A DNA stretch of 62,940 bases, filler included, from Hyphochytrium catenoides (taxonomy: Eukaryota > Protista > Hyphochytriomycota): the NCBI GenBank assembly GCA_900088475.1. It is 7 parts of 7 records of this genome, joined end to end, with 100 filler letters (N's around TTAATTAATTAA, not from the genome) between each part and the next. Parts side by side here need not be neighbours in the genome. Positions count along the whole stretch, not along the records: positions 43,413 to 58,862 come from FLMG01001007.1; 6 more parts are not named here. One strand, written 5' to 3'. Position numbers and translations under genes: made by a program. Below, in pieces: positions 47,301-58,962 of the stretch (its first letter is position 1; every line of letters starts with the position of its first letter). Under the pieces are notes generated by a model. It did not search any database. It was given only the letters and a program-made list of their open reading frames with translations, and was not told the origin of the DNA.

Positions 47301-49113
47301 GGACATCCTAGACTTTGTACAGAGGTAAGCCAGGATGCCAGAAGTGGGATAGTCAGGATACGAGGTTGATGAAGGATGTCCTAGCTTCAAAGATGAGGAA
47401 TGAGGCAGAAGGGCAAAGAGAGAGACAAGGTCAGACACTACTCCTTAGAGGGCAACATGGAGAAGAGGCAAAGGGCAACGCCTCTGCGGAGACAATCCAT
47501 ATAGACAAGACGAGAAGAGAATACATCTTCTCATTCGTACGCTCACAGCACGCTCTTTCTACCTCTTAGAGAAGAACGGATACACCGGACAAGAATGACT
47601 GGCATCCGCGATGTAGATGCGGCGTTCGATGAGTTCGAGCTGCTAAAGAAAAATATTTATGTTCATAGGCGTAAACGGAAGATAGACGAGGTACGCCACT
47701 GTCTAACCCTTCCTGACCTTTCTCCTGTCTCCAGCTGGCTCCTTCGGTTACGTTGACTTGCTCTTGCTCCTTTACTTTCACCCACCTTCTCTTCATCATC
47801 ACATCGTTTTCTCTCCCTCTTTGCACATTCCTTTTGAACCTGGAACTAATCTCCTTCACTCTCTCCCTCTTTGCACATTCCTTTTGACCTGGAAGTAATC
47901 TCCTTCGACAATCATGCTCTTCGAATCTCTTCTAATCTGACTATCGCTCACAGGATGAAGTGCCTGAATGCACTTGCACGCCAAAGGAGGATGAGTTCGG
48001 CTGCGAAGATAACTGCGTGAATAGAATGGTGAGACAGACTAGAAGAGACCGTGTTGGGGCTGTGGAAAGGCGAGGGAAGGCAAAGCATCACGTAAATGTC
48101 TATTGCTTTTGACCTCCCTTCTCCCAGCTCTATGTAGAATGCCATCCAAATTACTGCAGATATGGGGACAAATGCTGCAACCAGAGAATACAGCGAAGAA
48201 GTATGTCCATGCACCTTGACTTAGCCTGTCCTTGAGCGCTTCCTTGTTACTAGCGTAACCCCACCAGTTCAATCACCTGTCCTCTTATCGTCCCTTCCTT
48301 CAGCCTATCGTTGCCTTCTTCAATTGAGCTTTCTTCCTTGCTCACCGTGAGCGATCAACTTCATCAGCAGCCGCTTGCTTCTCTCTTCTTATTGTCAGAG
48401 CTCCGGCTAACAAGAGGCTTTTACTGCTTTCTTCAGTCTATCCAAGCACAAAGATTATCAGAATGGAGAACAAAGGGATCGGAGTGATTCTCCTGCAGGA
48501 CATTAGCTCTCACCAGCTGGTGAATGAGTACATAGGAGAGGTCATCACAGAGCAGGAGTCCTTTAGAAGGCAACAGGTGAGCCGTCCAGCTTTCCACAAC
48601 AGAACCTTGACGGAAGCAAGGATCCGAGGTTGTTTAGGCAGAGACGAGAAGGACATTGACAGGGACAGTATGTAGTGAGCTCAGGGACTGGGATCGTGCA
48701 ATACGGGATCCTTGTTTCTATGGTTCTTACTTATCCTCTCTGTCTTCTGAATGCCCGTCTTCCTACTCTATGTGTCCGGCTCGCTGTCTCGCTCCCTTGC
48801 GCTCTCTTTCTCTCTCTCTTTGCTTCTCTTCTCTTCTCGCTCCCTTCTCCTGAATCCATCGTCTCTGGATGCTCCCTCTATACGAGTAGGAGTACGCAAA
48901 CGAGAAGCACAAGTACTTTATGACTCTAGGGGATGGAGAGATCATTGATGCGACCAGGAAGAGTGGAGATGCGCGATTCATCAACCACAGCTGTGAACCC
49001 AACTGTGAGACGCAGAAGTGGAACGTCAACGGAGAGATAAGAATCGGTCAGTGAGTCCTAGCCCTCTCCCTAGGGTCTTGAGAGCAAAGAGACTTTACAC
49101 TGAAGCAAGACCA

Positions 49114-49150
<37 letters not shown>

Positions 49151-50263
49151 TGTGAGACCGTAGAGAAGACCCAAAAGATGAGAGACAGAACTTAGTGGAA
49201 ATGGACAGGGAAAGGAGGGGAAGGGCGAGAGTGAGGAAGGAGCTAATGTCTCTGCTGCTCGTTTTGACAGGCATCTTCAGCAAGCGTCCCATCAAAGCAG
49301 GCGAAGAATTGTCTTTCGATTACAAGTTTGAGCGGTTTGGCGAGGTAAAGCAAAACTGTCTACGGACAACGTTTTGGCTGGATCATCGTCTCAGCCTCAG
49401 TAGCTGTCCGTATCCACTATCTCCCTGTCAAAGTTCGCCTGTCTCTGTCTCTTTCTGCGCTCTCCGCCCCTTTCCCACCGGCCCGGCCCGTTACTTTTCC
49501 CTCTTCTCTCTCCCCCTCCACGTCTCTCTCACTCACAATTTCCCTCTGCAATTCAATGGTATAGGATCTTCAGCCCTGCTATTGTGGGACAAAGTCATGC
49601 AATGGTTTCATCGGCGTGACTCGAGAGCTCAAGGTGACCGAACATGTCCAAGTGCATTCTTCTCCATCCTGGTCTTGCCGGAACTATTTGTTCCGTGGGT
49701 TACTCTCACTTTGGCTGTTCGAACCCAGCGGCACACCTTCTTTGAAAGCTTTTTTTATCTTTCTTCGTCTCTCTCTCTCTCTCTCCCTTTGGTCTCCTCT
49801 GGCCGTCTTGCTTTGTGTCTAACTCTTGAAATGGCTCTTTTTTTCCCTTTCGTCTTTCTGGATTTTCCACTTCCAATGGGTCATGGCCCCGATTTAACGT
49901 GCACTCCTCTCTTAGCCGTCGAAACTCTTGAGAATCATCTCTGCCACGGACGTGAGTGGAGGCATCAACCGCAACATCCCAGGCATCCAGCCCCAGGAAG
50001 AAGCCGCTGAGACCAAAGAGAATGGAAACGAAGCAACAAGCCAACAGCAACACACAGATAGAGAGGAGCAAGAGAAGGAACAGACAAGCGAAAGAAAGTC
50101 ACAGGACGGAGATAGTCCGGAAGAGAAAGTACTGCAGCGAGAACTTGCCTATGACGTCGTAGACAACGTGACGAAGAAAAAGGAAGAGGACACTCTTGAA
50201 GAGGACAGGCCGGATCAATCAAGATTGATGGGAGTGAAGAACGCTGCCCGTACTGCGTCATGA
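44395..50263 (+). CDS. SET2/ASH1/NSD-class histone (H3K36-type) lysine methyltransferase with N-terminal TFIIS-N-like domains; 15-exon model, 3' end may extend to 51137
   Basis: In-phase GT-AG exons 44395-44551, 44895-45069, 45350-45446, 46058-46183, 46363-46675, 47029-47081, 47191-47324, 47570-47690, 47954-48028, 48128-48200, 48437-48576, 48890-49046, 49271-49344, 49565-49633, 49916-50263. AWS (CTC..GCEDNCVNRM.YVEC..C..CCNQR), SET (KGIG, EYIGEVI, IDATRK..ARFINHSCEPN, GEELSFDY), post-SET (CYCGTKSCNGFIG). Confidence 0.88.
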
Positions 50264-51783
50264 CCCAGGGAGGAAGAGAGACCAGAGCCTCTCACTTAAG
50301 CTCTCTCTCTCCCTCTCGTTATTTTTTATCTCTCTCTTTTCGTCTTTCTTCTCTGTCTTTTCCTCTATCTATATATATATGCTGTCTTTTATACCTCTCC
50401 CTTTTTGGGCTTGTTCCGATCAGGACTATGTACGTGAACAATGTACCCAAAGATGGTCGAGACAATGGTACTCAGCGCTATATTATTATCAATAGGCCAG
50501 GATCACAGGGCACTAGTGTAGATAGAAATGCCTATAATCTTTAGATAGAGAAAGAGTGACATGCCCACACCAGGTACAGACATTCTTTCAACGTCTCTTT
50601 GAACAGATGTTCCACTGTCGTTTCCTGTCACTCTTCTACAACTCTCTCGTCAATGAAAGGGATATTCATCGGCTAGCCAAGTAGGGCGCACCACCGGAAC
50701 ACGGCACAGTGCAAGAGGTTTGACGAGGCAACTTCTTCGTTCGTGTGCAGCTACTGGTAGTGGTTTTCTATTTGAAAGAGCAAGCAAGTGCGCCGTCCTG
50801 GCTCTCTCCTGTCTGAGAAAGATGCCTCTTTGCTGGCTCTCTTCTATGTCATAAGTCATGAGTCATCATCCCTGTCATCTTTCCGACCCATGTGGCCCCT
50901 TGTTCTGATGCTTTGTCAATGCAGCAGGCAGAGAAGCTGTTGCGACAGAAAGGGACAAAGGAGGCGCGTCTCATGCGCGCCATTGGCCAAGCTTCATCGG
51001 CCCAAAGAGGCGCCAGCACCTGCGCGACGATGCCTGAGCTGCAAATGAAGACAGATCCAGCGGTGGTTGCAAGCACCGTCCGTCAGTCCATAGATAATAT
51101 TAGGAAAGCATGCACCGAAGAGTTAAGCCATAGATAATATCACATCGCCCGATTGGCCATAGATAATGTTCGGAAGCTCCTCCTTCAAAACCCCATAGCT
51201 AATGTTAGGGCCTTCAAGTACAAAATACAGTATTCTACATTTCAGTGAAACATTACCAATATTTCAAAGGGAGGAGCAATTGGATTGGTTTTGGAATCAT
51301 TGAGCCTTTCATGAAACCTTTCCAAGAGGTTGTGGAGAGGACTGTAACGCCCAGAAATTCTTGTAGTCAGCCCCTCACTCCGATAATATTCCTCCCAGTG
51401 TCCATATAGTAATGTTTGGGGTATCTTTTGTTTCTAATCATTCGCCGCCTTGAGGTTCTGGAGGGGACATAAGAAAATATTGGTCACATTCGCACCTGCC
51501 AAGACGTCACCAGGGCGGGCCAGCAGCAGGATAGGACACAGAGGGGAGAGAGATATCCAATCGCTAGAGACAGAGCGCAAGCGGGATAGGTTTACCAGTG
51601 CATTTGACGAATAGTAGCGTGAGGTAGAGTGCAAGAGAGACAGAGGAAGATGTGGAAGAGGCAGAGGAAGAGCGGGAAGAGACAGGAAGAATCAGAAAGC
51701 TTGGAGTTTTGTGCTGTAATGGCGGCGAGAGAGAGAAGGGGAGAGAGAGAGAGACAAAGGAAGGAGGTAACGAAGAGAAAGGA

Positions 51784-51830
<47 letters not shown>

Positions 51831-52439
51831 AGAGAGAGGAAGACGACGGGTGAGAACCACAACTACGGTAGAGAGTGACCAAAGGAACAGAGGCTATCTT
51901 CAAAAAGAGAGAGAGAGAGAAAGGAAGAGAGAGGACAGAAAAATGTTTTGACAGGGTTGGAAGGAAGCTGATGCCCGCAATAGCTTGATCTCCAGCACCA
52001 AGAAAAGAGCCGCGGAGAATCCCCTGAGGCCGCTGCTACAGCGAGAGAGAGAAGGAGAGAGAAGAGAACACGCACAAGCGAAGCCGCTGGGCCCGCCAAA
52101 CAGCAGACAAAAGACGAAGAGAAAGAAGAGGAAAACCTTCTCTTTCTTTTCTCTTTCTCCTTGTTTCTCTCTCTCTCTCTCAAAGCGTGGCAAAGACAGA
52201 CCTTTGACTGAGAGAGAGGCGAAGAAAGCTAGAAGGGGAAAATATAATCCTCGCGCTGGCCCTTTGCTGCGGGGCTGATCCAAGTTTTTATGAGGAGGTT
52301 GGCGCACAGAGCGCAAAGAGAAGAAGCCGCGTGAGGCTGCGGAAGAGATATAAAGCGAGACCTCGCAGAAACCCCTGAGAGGCCGCTGGACAGGTGAAAA
52401 GATACTACGAGACAGAGTCGCCAGAACAACCAAACAGGG

Positions 52440-52470
<31 letters not shown>

Positions 52471-52548
52471 AGAGAGAGAAAGGACAACAGCAGAGAAGGC
52501 AGACAGGAACGAGATGAGGAGGAGCTTGATCAGGACTGCGAAGAATCG

Positions 52549-55500
52549 ATGATCAAGGTAGAGAAGAAGATGATGAGGTGCCTTCCTCTGACCTCAGACA
52601 GCTCCATAGCGTCACCTTTGCCTACTGCCGCCCAGCAGTCAGACAATCCTCTTGCTTCTGACAGCAGAGGCAGCCTCCTTGTAGGAGAAGGACAGAGGAC
52701 GCTGGCCCCGGCGGGGGAGAGCGAGAGAGAGAAGGGAGGCGTCATGCTTTACACTGATAGCCAGTCAGGCAGTGACGGCGTCCTCACGCCAGGAACAGGA
52801 AGCATTGGGGACTATGAGCTGACCCCAACGCCAAGGAGAGGAGACAGAGCAGGAAGAATCGCAGCGTACCAGTTCACGCCGACGCCAGGAGGTGGTAGGG
52901 GACAGAGAGATGGGACAGACGCGGAGAGAAGACAGAGCATTCTTCGAGACTATCAGCTTACCCCTACCCCGAGAGGAGATGGAGAGAGAGAGAAAGGAAG
53001 AGACGACGGAGACGGAGAAAGAGGAGAGAGCAGCTCAGAATATGACCTTCTTCCCTCCTCTTCCTCTGATGGCCAACAAAGTGGACCGCCAGGGAAAACT
53101 GCCTCTATCTCTTCCTTCACCTCCTCCTCCTACCTCTCCTCCTCTACCGTGGGAGGAGAGAGCCAGAGCTCCTCTTCTCTCCTTCTTTATTCAGGAAGCA
53201 GAGGCGAAGAGAGCAAAGGGTCTGAGCATCTCTGGAGCCTAAGAGACCTTCTGGAGGTGCTTCTGGACATCACAGCGGGGAGAGAGGACATCAGAAGTGC
53301 GAGTGAAGCCATATGCGCCCTGTCAGTGGAAGAGAAGACACAGAAAGAAGTGAGAGAAGAGCTCATTTCTTCTCTCGTAGGAGAGCCGCTTCCTCCTTTG
53401 GAAGTGCGAGGAAGAGCAGGGAATCTTCTGCAGATTTTCTATGAAGAGGAGATGTTAGAGATGCTGCGCTCCGCCAAACTGGACGAAGCCGTCAGCCTTC
53501 TTCTTCAAGTCTTGGAGAAGCCTCCTCAGCAAGTGCTAGAGGCCGCACTAAAGAGACAAATCTCGAGAGATGGAGCCGGAGGAGGTGCTGAAGAGAGAGA
53601 GAAAGAGAAGGGCAAACAACTGTCTGTCACGCCGCGACGTCAATCCACGTCTCTTCTTCCTCCCCGTACTCCTGTCTCTCTCTACATCCATCTCTTGGTG
53701 GTGGATAGGGAGTCTTCCTCATCTCTTGAGAGACAAGCTGCGGCCGCCGCTCTTCTCTCTTCCCCAGCTCCACCTCTATCGACACCTCCTCCCGAAGCAG
53801 TGGAGCAGGTAGCGAGGCATCAGATGGGACGGCTGGTGGAGTTGCTCAGAGAAGGAGTTCCAGAGCTTCGTGCGGCGGCCCTCAGAGCCGTCTCTCGTCT
53901 CTCTCTTAAGAGAGAAGAGAATCTGACCCGTCTCCTGGACGCAGAGGGCCTCGCGCCGCTGGTCAGGACTCTGAGTGACGGAGGAGAGGAGACAAGAGAG
54001 ATTGTGGCACAGGTTCTAAAGAAGCTGACGAAGAAGGAGATGAACAAGGGGATACTTTTGGAGAATGGAGGCGTCGCATCTCTCTGTTCTGTCCTATCTA
54101 GCGGTTCCTCTAAGGCTAAGGTTTGCGCCTTGCGGATCCTTATCTGGCTCCTAGTTTTATCTCCTCCTCCTCCTACCACTGCTCTCCCTCTCTCTTCGGC
54201 TCCCACTCCGCCGCTTTACGGGGAGAGTAATGACGAAGGGGAGGGAGACGGTGTGCAGACTAATGCTTCATCGGCAGAGGGAAGAGAGACACAACAAGGA
54301 GAGAAAAGAGATGAGGAGGAGGAAGGCATGCCCCTTCCTTCTATTGATCCAACGGTTCAGGAGCAGGTAGCACAGTGTGGCGGACTATGTGAGCTTCTGT
54401 CCCTGCTACAGAGCTCTGGAGAAAGAAGTCTTCTCTCTTCCGCTGCTCAAGCTCTATCTTACTTGCTTCAGGGCCATCTTGACAACCAAAAGAGAGCTCT
54501 CGAGGGAGGAGCTTCGTCTGAGCTCCTCTCTCTTCTAAGAAGAGGAGACGACAGGACAAGAGAGTTTGCCGGGAGATGTCTCTGTTTCTTGGTACCGCGA
54601 ATGAGTGAAGAACAGCCTGTTCTTATCTTCCCTACAGCGACAGAGCTTATGGAACTCTTACGCAGCCGTCTGCCCAAGGCAAAGGAAGAGAGTGGAAGAG
54701 TTCTCTCTGTGATGCTAAGAGAAGAAGTACTGAGTGACTCTATGATAGAAGAGCTCTCACTCCTTCCGACACTTCTCTCTCTTCTCCATCGAAGCACCGA
54801 CAGCGTAAGGGAGAGAGTACTCTCCTGCCTGATGGTCCTCGCAGGGAAGTACCCTCAGCTTGTTCCTCCTCTGATAGAAGGGCAGGGCATCACCCAGCTA
54901 CTGGTTCTTCTCAAGAGTGAGAGCCCATCAACGCGTTTCTTGGTAGCAGGAACGCTAATGAACATCACTGCTGTCAGCTATAAGAAGAAAGGAGGCGGCA
55001 CTGTGAGAGAGAGGTCAGGGGAGAGAGGAGGACTCACAAGAGGAGCGTCAAGTCTCGTGCCTCTTATGTTGGACCTACTGAGACAGAGCAGCGAGACAAA
55101 GAAAACCAAGGTAAAAGCGGTAGGGACTCTGAAAAACTTAACCTTTCTCGATAACGCGGCGGCGTCTTCACTTCTCTTGGAAGGAGGAGGGCTCGAGGTG
55201 CTAGTGGACCTGCTCCTCCCTTCTTCTGCAGGATTAGAAGGGGCAGAGTATGCGGCTAGCATCCTTGCTGCCATCGCTGCCGTCTCAAAGAAGTACAAGG
55301 CAAGAGTTGCCTCAAGTAGGGCCATCCCCCGGCTCATTTCTCTTCTTTCCTCATCCTCTTCAATTGCTATCTTCTTCTCTGCTGCGGCACTGATGAGCCT
55401 GGCAGCGGTGAGAGAGAGTAGAGGGATCATAGCTGCAGGAGGTGCCGTCTCTCCTCTCGTCTCTCTTCTCCAGCACAACATGCCCATAGTACAAAGGAAC

Positions 55501-57783
55501 GCTGCTGGAGCGCTTTGGGCTCTCTCTTACGATGGGAAGATAGGGAGGAAGATCTGTCAGGAAGGGGCAGTGGTCCCTCTTCTCTTTCTCGCTTTAAAGA
55601 GTGCAGACAAGCTGGGCAAAGAGTATGCGCTCTCCGCCTTGGACACTTTAGGGCGAGGAAGCAAGAAGAACTACCAAGAGATAGTGACAGCACAGCGAAT
55701 CTTTGGGCTTTTTGATAGGATTACTTTGGGAAATGCCAGGGAGAAGGAGAGAGCTGCGCATCTTCTCTCAGAAGCATCCAAGAACCGAGTGGTAGGGAGA
55801 AAGATTATAGAGGCGGGAGGAATTCCTCTCTTCGTCTCACTTCTTTCTTCACCTAACGACTCTCTTCGTGCCGATGCTTGCACTGCTCTAACGTCTCTTG
55901 GACAGCACGAGAACAGCATGCATCATTGGAAAAAGATCGTTGATGAGGGAGCCATTCCTTCTCTTGTCTCTCTGTTGGGCTGTGGGCGAGATATCGAGGC
56001 TGTCTCTCGCGCAGTGTACGCACTTCTCTGTATTGCTGAGCACAGGGAGTATGTTATCGTCATTGCAGAGACCAAAGGCGCAATACCGTCTCTTCTCTCT
56101 TTCTTGCAGGACGAAGTGATGGACGTAGAAGCTAGAGAGCTAGCTGCAGCTCTTCTCTGTCGACTCTCCTCCTCGCCGTCTTCGAGCAAAAAGGTTGCTT
56201 TGCACCCTGAAGTCCTCTCCGTCCTCCTGCGACTTCTGTGTGAGGGCTCAGCCGTAGAGAAAGACTATGCTATAGCCTCTCTCGTCAACCTCGGAGAGCA
56301 TAACCCAGAGAAAAAAGGAGAGATAGGCAACTCTATTCTCCGCATGCTCGTAGAGTCTTCCACGGCTGCGGATGGAGCAGGAGACGGTGGAGGAGGAGAT
56401 AGAGAGAGAGAAGAGAATCGTGGGTGGGATGCTTTGGAGCAGCTGGCCGTTCTCTCTGAACATCACGGCAGAAAGAGAGACGCGGAGAAACTGTACGATC
56501 TCTCTCTTTCTGCTTGCAAGTCATTCTTAGGCCAAAACCATAGAGAAACACTGCAGAAAGCTAACCGCCTCGCTCATCTGCACTGGGAAGAGGGCAAGTT
56601 TTCTGCAGCGAAGAAAAGCTGGGAGCAGCTCCAGGAAGAGAACAAAGGCGAACATCTGTGCTCTTGCTCACAGTGTGGAATGAATCCTCTCCGAGGCCCG
56701 AGATACCGCTGCAAGAGCTGCCCAGACCTCGATCTCTGCCGCACCTGCTGGTACTTTAACACCCACGAACCCAGTCATCAGTTCGTCGCGATAGGAGCGA
56801 GAAAGAAAGGTGGTGGAGAAAAACAAAGGAGGGAAAGAGAGAGAGAGGACCCAAGTGTCTCTCCTGTCTCTTATAGTGAGTCTCCGCACTGCTTTGAAGA
56901 AGAGAAGAAGGCAGAAGTCTTCGATGAGAACAGGCCAAGCCATCAGAACCTCCTTATGAAACCAATGAAGCAGAAGAAAGACGCTGAGATGGGGAAGAGA
57001 ACAAAGGGCTTCTCACATTCGTCTTCTTTCTCTCCTTCGCCTCTTCTCCTTCCTTCATCTCTTCACTCTCCTAACCCTTCTGAGGCCAGCACCCGGCCCA
57101 GCAGCGCTGGAAGACCCACTGACGACTCATTGGGAGAGGTTCCTCCTACCGCCGGAGAGGAGGTAGAGACGATTTTGGAGAGAACTTTTTCGACTAACTT
57201 TCTTCTGAGTAGCACGGACCAAGAGCTGTCAACCAGCCATAGAGAGGCAGGAGACAAAAGCTTCTCAGCGTCCTCTTTCTACCAAGAGAGAGAAGAACTC
57301 ACAGACCATTCCGCTGTTCTCTTCGCTCTCAAGGGAGAAAGAGGTGGAGAGAGTGGGCACTTTAGAGAAGACTCTCTCCCTACTCTCACTTNNNNNNNNN
57401 NNNNNNNNNNNNNNNNNNNNNNNNNNNNNNNNNNNNNNNNNNNNNNNNNNNATGCTCTCAAGGAGCTTCTCTCTTTCTCTGACTTCCCAAAGAACAGAAA
57501 TGCGATGGTAGGAGCTGGCGTTATCCCTCAATGCCTGAAAGTCCTGTTAGAGGGGAGCCAGAGAGGAAAAGAGAGAGCCGCATCTCTTCTGTTTAACCTC
57601 GCGATAGAGAATGACGAGGTGAATGTCAAGATATCACGCGCTGGAGGAGGAAAAGTTTTCAAGAAAGTGCTGCAGGATCCTACTCTCTCCTCTCTCACGC
57701 GGGACTATGTGAAGCTGACGCTCGATGCATTGGTTCCGGTGTGGAAGTGTTATTTTCCAGGAAGAAGGAGTGGAAGCAAGTGA
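52549..57783 (+). CDS. Large armadillo-repeat protein with a TPR-like repeat and ZZ-type zinc finger (~1,740 aa, spans one gap)
   Basis: Many ARM units (GGAVSPLVSLL..NAAGALWAL; AGGIPLFVSLL; EGAIPSLVSLL); AEKLY..FLGQNHRETL..NRLAHL (kinesin-light-chain-type TPR); CSQCGMNPLRGPRYRCKSCPDLDLCRTC..H..H (ZZ). Frame across the gap at 57392-57451 and the exact start codon are unverified. Confidence 0.9.
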   Translation: MIKVEKKMMRCLPLTSDSSIASPLPTAAQQSDNPLASDSRGSLLVGEGQRTLAPAGESEREKGGVMLYTDSQSGSDGVLTPGTGSIGDYELTPTPRRGDRAGRIAAYQFTPTPGGGRGQRDGTDAERRQSILRDYQLTPTPRGDGEREKGRDDGDGERGESSSEYDLLPSSSSDGQQSGPPGKTASISSFTSSSYLSSSTVGGESQSSSSLLLYSGSRGEESKGSEHLWSLRDLLEVLLDITAGREDIRSASEAICALSVEEKTQKEVREELISSLVGEPLPPLEVRGRAGNLLQIFYEEEMLEMLRSAKLDEAVSLLLQVLEKPPQQVLEAALKRQISRDGAGGGAEEREKEKGKQLSVTPRRQSTSLLPPRTPVSLYIHLLVVDRESSSSLERQAAAAALLSSPAPPLSTPPPEAVEQVARHQMGRLVELLREGVPELRAAALRAVSRLSLKREENLTRLLDAEGLAPLVRTLSDGGEETREIVAQVLKKLTKKEMNKGILLENGGVASLCSVLSSGSSKAKVCALRILIWLLVLSPPPPTTALPLSSAPTPPLYGESNDEGEGDGVQTNASSAEGRETQQGEKRDEEEEGMPLPSIDPTVQEQVAQCGGLCELLSLLQSSGERSLLSSAAQALSYLLQGHLDNQKRALEGGASSELLSLLRRGDDRTREFAGRCLCFLVPRMSEEQPVLIFPTATELMELLRSRLPKAKEESGRVLSVMLREEVLSDSMIEELSLLPTLLSLLHRSTDSVRERVLSCLMVLAGKYPQLVPPLIEGQGITQLLVLLKSESPSTRFLVAGTLMNITAVSYKKKGGGTVRERSGERGGLTRGASSLVPLMLDLLRQSSETKKTKVKAVGTLKNLTFLDNAAASSLLLEGGGLEVLVDLLLPSSAGLEGAEYAASILAAIAAVSKKYKARVASSRAIPRLISLLSSSSSIAIFFSAAALMSLAAVRESRGIIAAGGAVSPLVSLLQHNMPIVQRNAAGALWALSYDGKIGRKICQEGAVVPLLFLALKSADKLGKEYALSALDTLGRGSKKNYQEIVTAQRIFGLFDRITLGNAREKERAAHLLSEASKNRVVGRKIIEAGGIPLFVSLLSSPNDSLRADACTALTSLGQHENSMHHWKKIVDEGAIPSLVSLLGCGRDIEAVSRAVYALLCIAEHREYVIVIAETKGAIPSLLSFLQDEVMDVEARELAAALLCRLSSSPSSSKKVALHPEVLSVLLRLLCEGSAVEKDYAIASLVNLGEHNPEKKGEIGNSILRMLVESSTAADGAGDGGGGDREREENRGWDALEQLAVLSEHHGRKRDAEKLYDLSLSACKSFLGQNHRETLQKANRLAHLHWEEGKFSAAKKSWEQLQEENKGEHLCSCSQCGMNPLRGPRYRCKSCPDLDLCRTCWYFNTHEPSHQFVAIGARKKGGGEKQRREREREDPSVSPVSYSESPHCFEEEKKAEVFDENRPSHQNLLMKPMKQKKDAEMGKRTKGFSHSSSFSPSPLLLPSSLHSPNPSEASTRPSSAGRPTDDSLGEVPPTAGEEVETILERTFSTNFLLSSTDQELSTSHREAGDKSFSASSFYQEREELTDHSAVLFALKGERGGESGHFREDSLPTLTXXXXXXXXXXXXXXXXXXXXXALKELLSFSDFPKNRNAMVGAGVIPQCLKVLLEGSQRGKERAASLLFNLAIENDEVNVKISRAGGGKVFKKVLQDPTLSSLTRDYVKLTLDALVPVWKCYFPGRRSGSK

Positions 57784-58258
57784 AGATGATGATAGAGAAA
57801 GTTTCTCTGTTCCACCTGTCTCTGATCTTCTTTTCTTCATCTCCCTCTCTCTCTCTCTCCCTTGCAAGTGACATGCTTCCTAGGGATCAGGAGGAACAGG
57901 CAATGGGAAGCCTTGCTGTCAATTGAAAATTATCTTTATACTCTCCTCTTCCTTTTCCCCTTCTCAGTACTTCGTTCCTTATTCTCTTCTATCGCACAGC
58001 CCCATCCTTCTTGTTAACCTCTTTGATAAGCAGTATAATAGCCTCATCCACTTTGTTCATCGACGCTTTCCAACTGATGCCCGTCAGACTATTCAGCATG
58101 AAGGTTCCAGCTGTCATGATCATGTGGACGACTTGGGTGGGATTATCCTGTCTGACGTGGAGACTCAGCTTTGACTAATGCCCTGGCATATCGTAGGTGT
58201 GGTCCAAGACTAGAATATAGAGAAACAAGATCTAACCAATGTTAGCCTCTTGTCTCTT

Positions 58259-58750
58259 CTAGAGAAGGCTCACACTGCTACTATGATCCACATCGTTGTC
58301 ATCAGCGCTTTTACCTTCTTATGAGAATCTGACTGCAAACGGGATGGTCTCTGAGGGGTCAACACCAAGTTCTGCCTTTATCATCTCTTCTGTTACGCCA
58401 TAGACCGCCAGGACTTTCATCAAGAGTCGAAGTGATGGCTTGAAGGCTGCGTAGTAAACACTGTCACCTCTATCGCAAACATAATACGGCTCCTCATCAG
58501 AAATTGTTGGGAGCTCTCTAAGCGGAGAGAGTACTGGCAGAGGCTTCTATCCGTAATGCAAACATATACAGAGCTCATCGAAGACTGCTTCCGGGAGAGA
58601 AACGTTTACTTCTCCTGCCTCACGAAGAGCTCCATGTGTGTGCTCATAAAGAAATTTTGGAATGGGGGTTACCGCCGGCATCAGCCATCGCCTCGACTCG
58701 TTGTTCACGATGACAATCTTCTTATCTGAGAGAACTCTTTCAAATGACAT
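58259..58750 (-). pseudogene. Probable pseudogene, N-terminus weakly BTB/POZ(T1)-like
   Basis: Protein-like frame continues past in-frame TAG (58547) and TAA (58319): IVIVNNESRRW..GEVNVSLPEAVFDELCICLHYG*KPLP.. Confidence 0.35.
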
Positions 58751-58827
58751 CGCTGTAAGATCTGGCCTTCTATCTTTGACCTTGCTCTCAGGCGTTCTCC
58801 CTTAGCTTACTCTCTCTCTCTCAGACT

Positions 58828-58862
<35 letters not shown>

Positions 58863-58962
58863 NNNNNNNNNNNNNNNNNNNNNNNNNNNNNNNNNNNNNN
58901 NNNNNNTTAATTAATTAANNNNNNNNNNNNNNNNNNNNNNNNNNNNNNNNNNNNNNNNNNNN

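Noticed and set aside
53820-57531. Antisense ORFs within the ARM gene
   Set aside because: Shadow ORFs of a long coding frame.
58259-58750. Alternative genetic code (TAA/TAG = Gln)
   Set aside because: The conserved genes contain no in-frame TAA/TAG, and TAA, TAG and TGA all serve as terminators.
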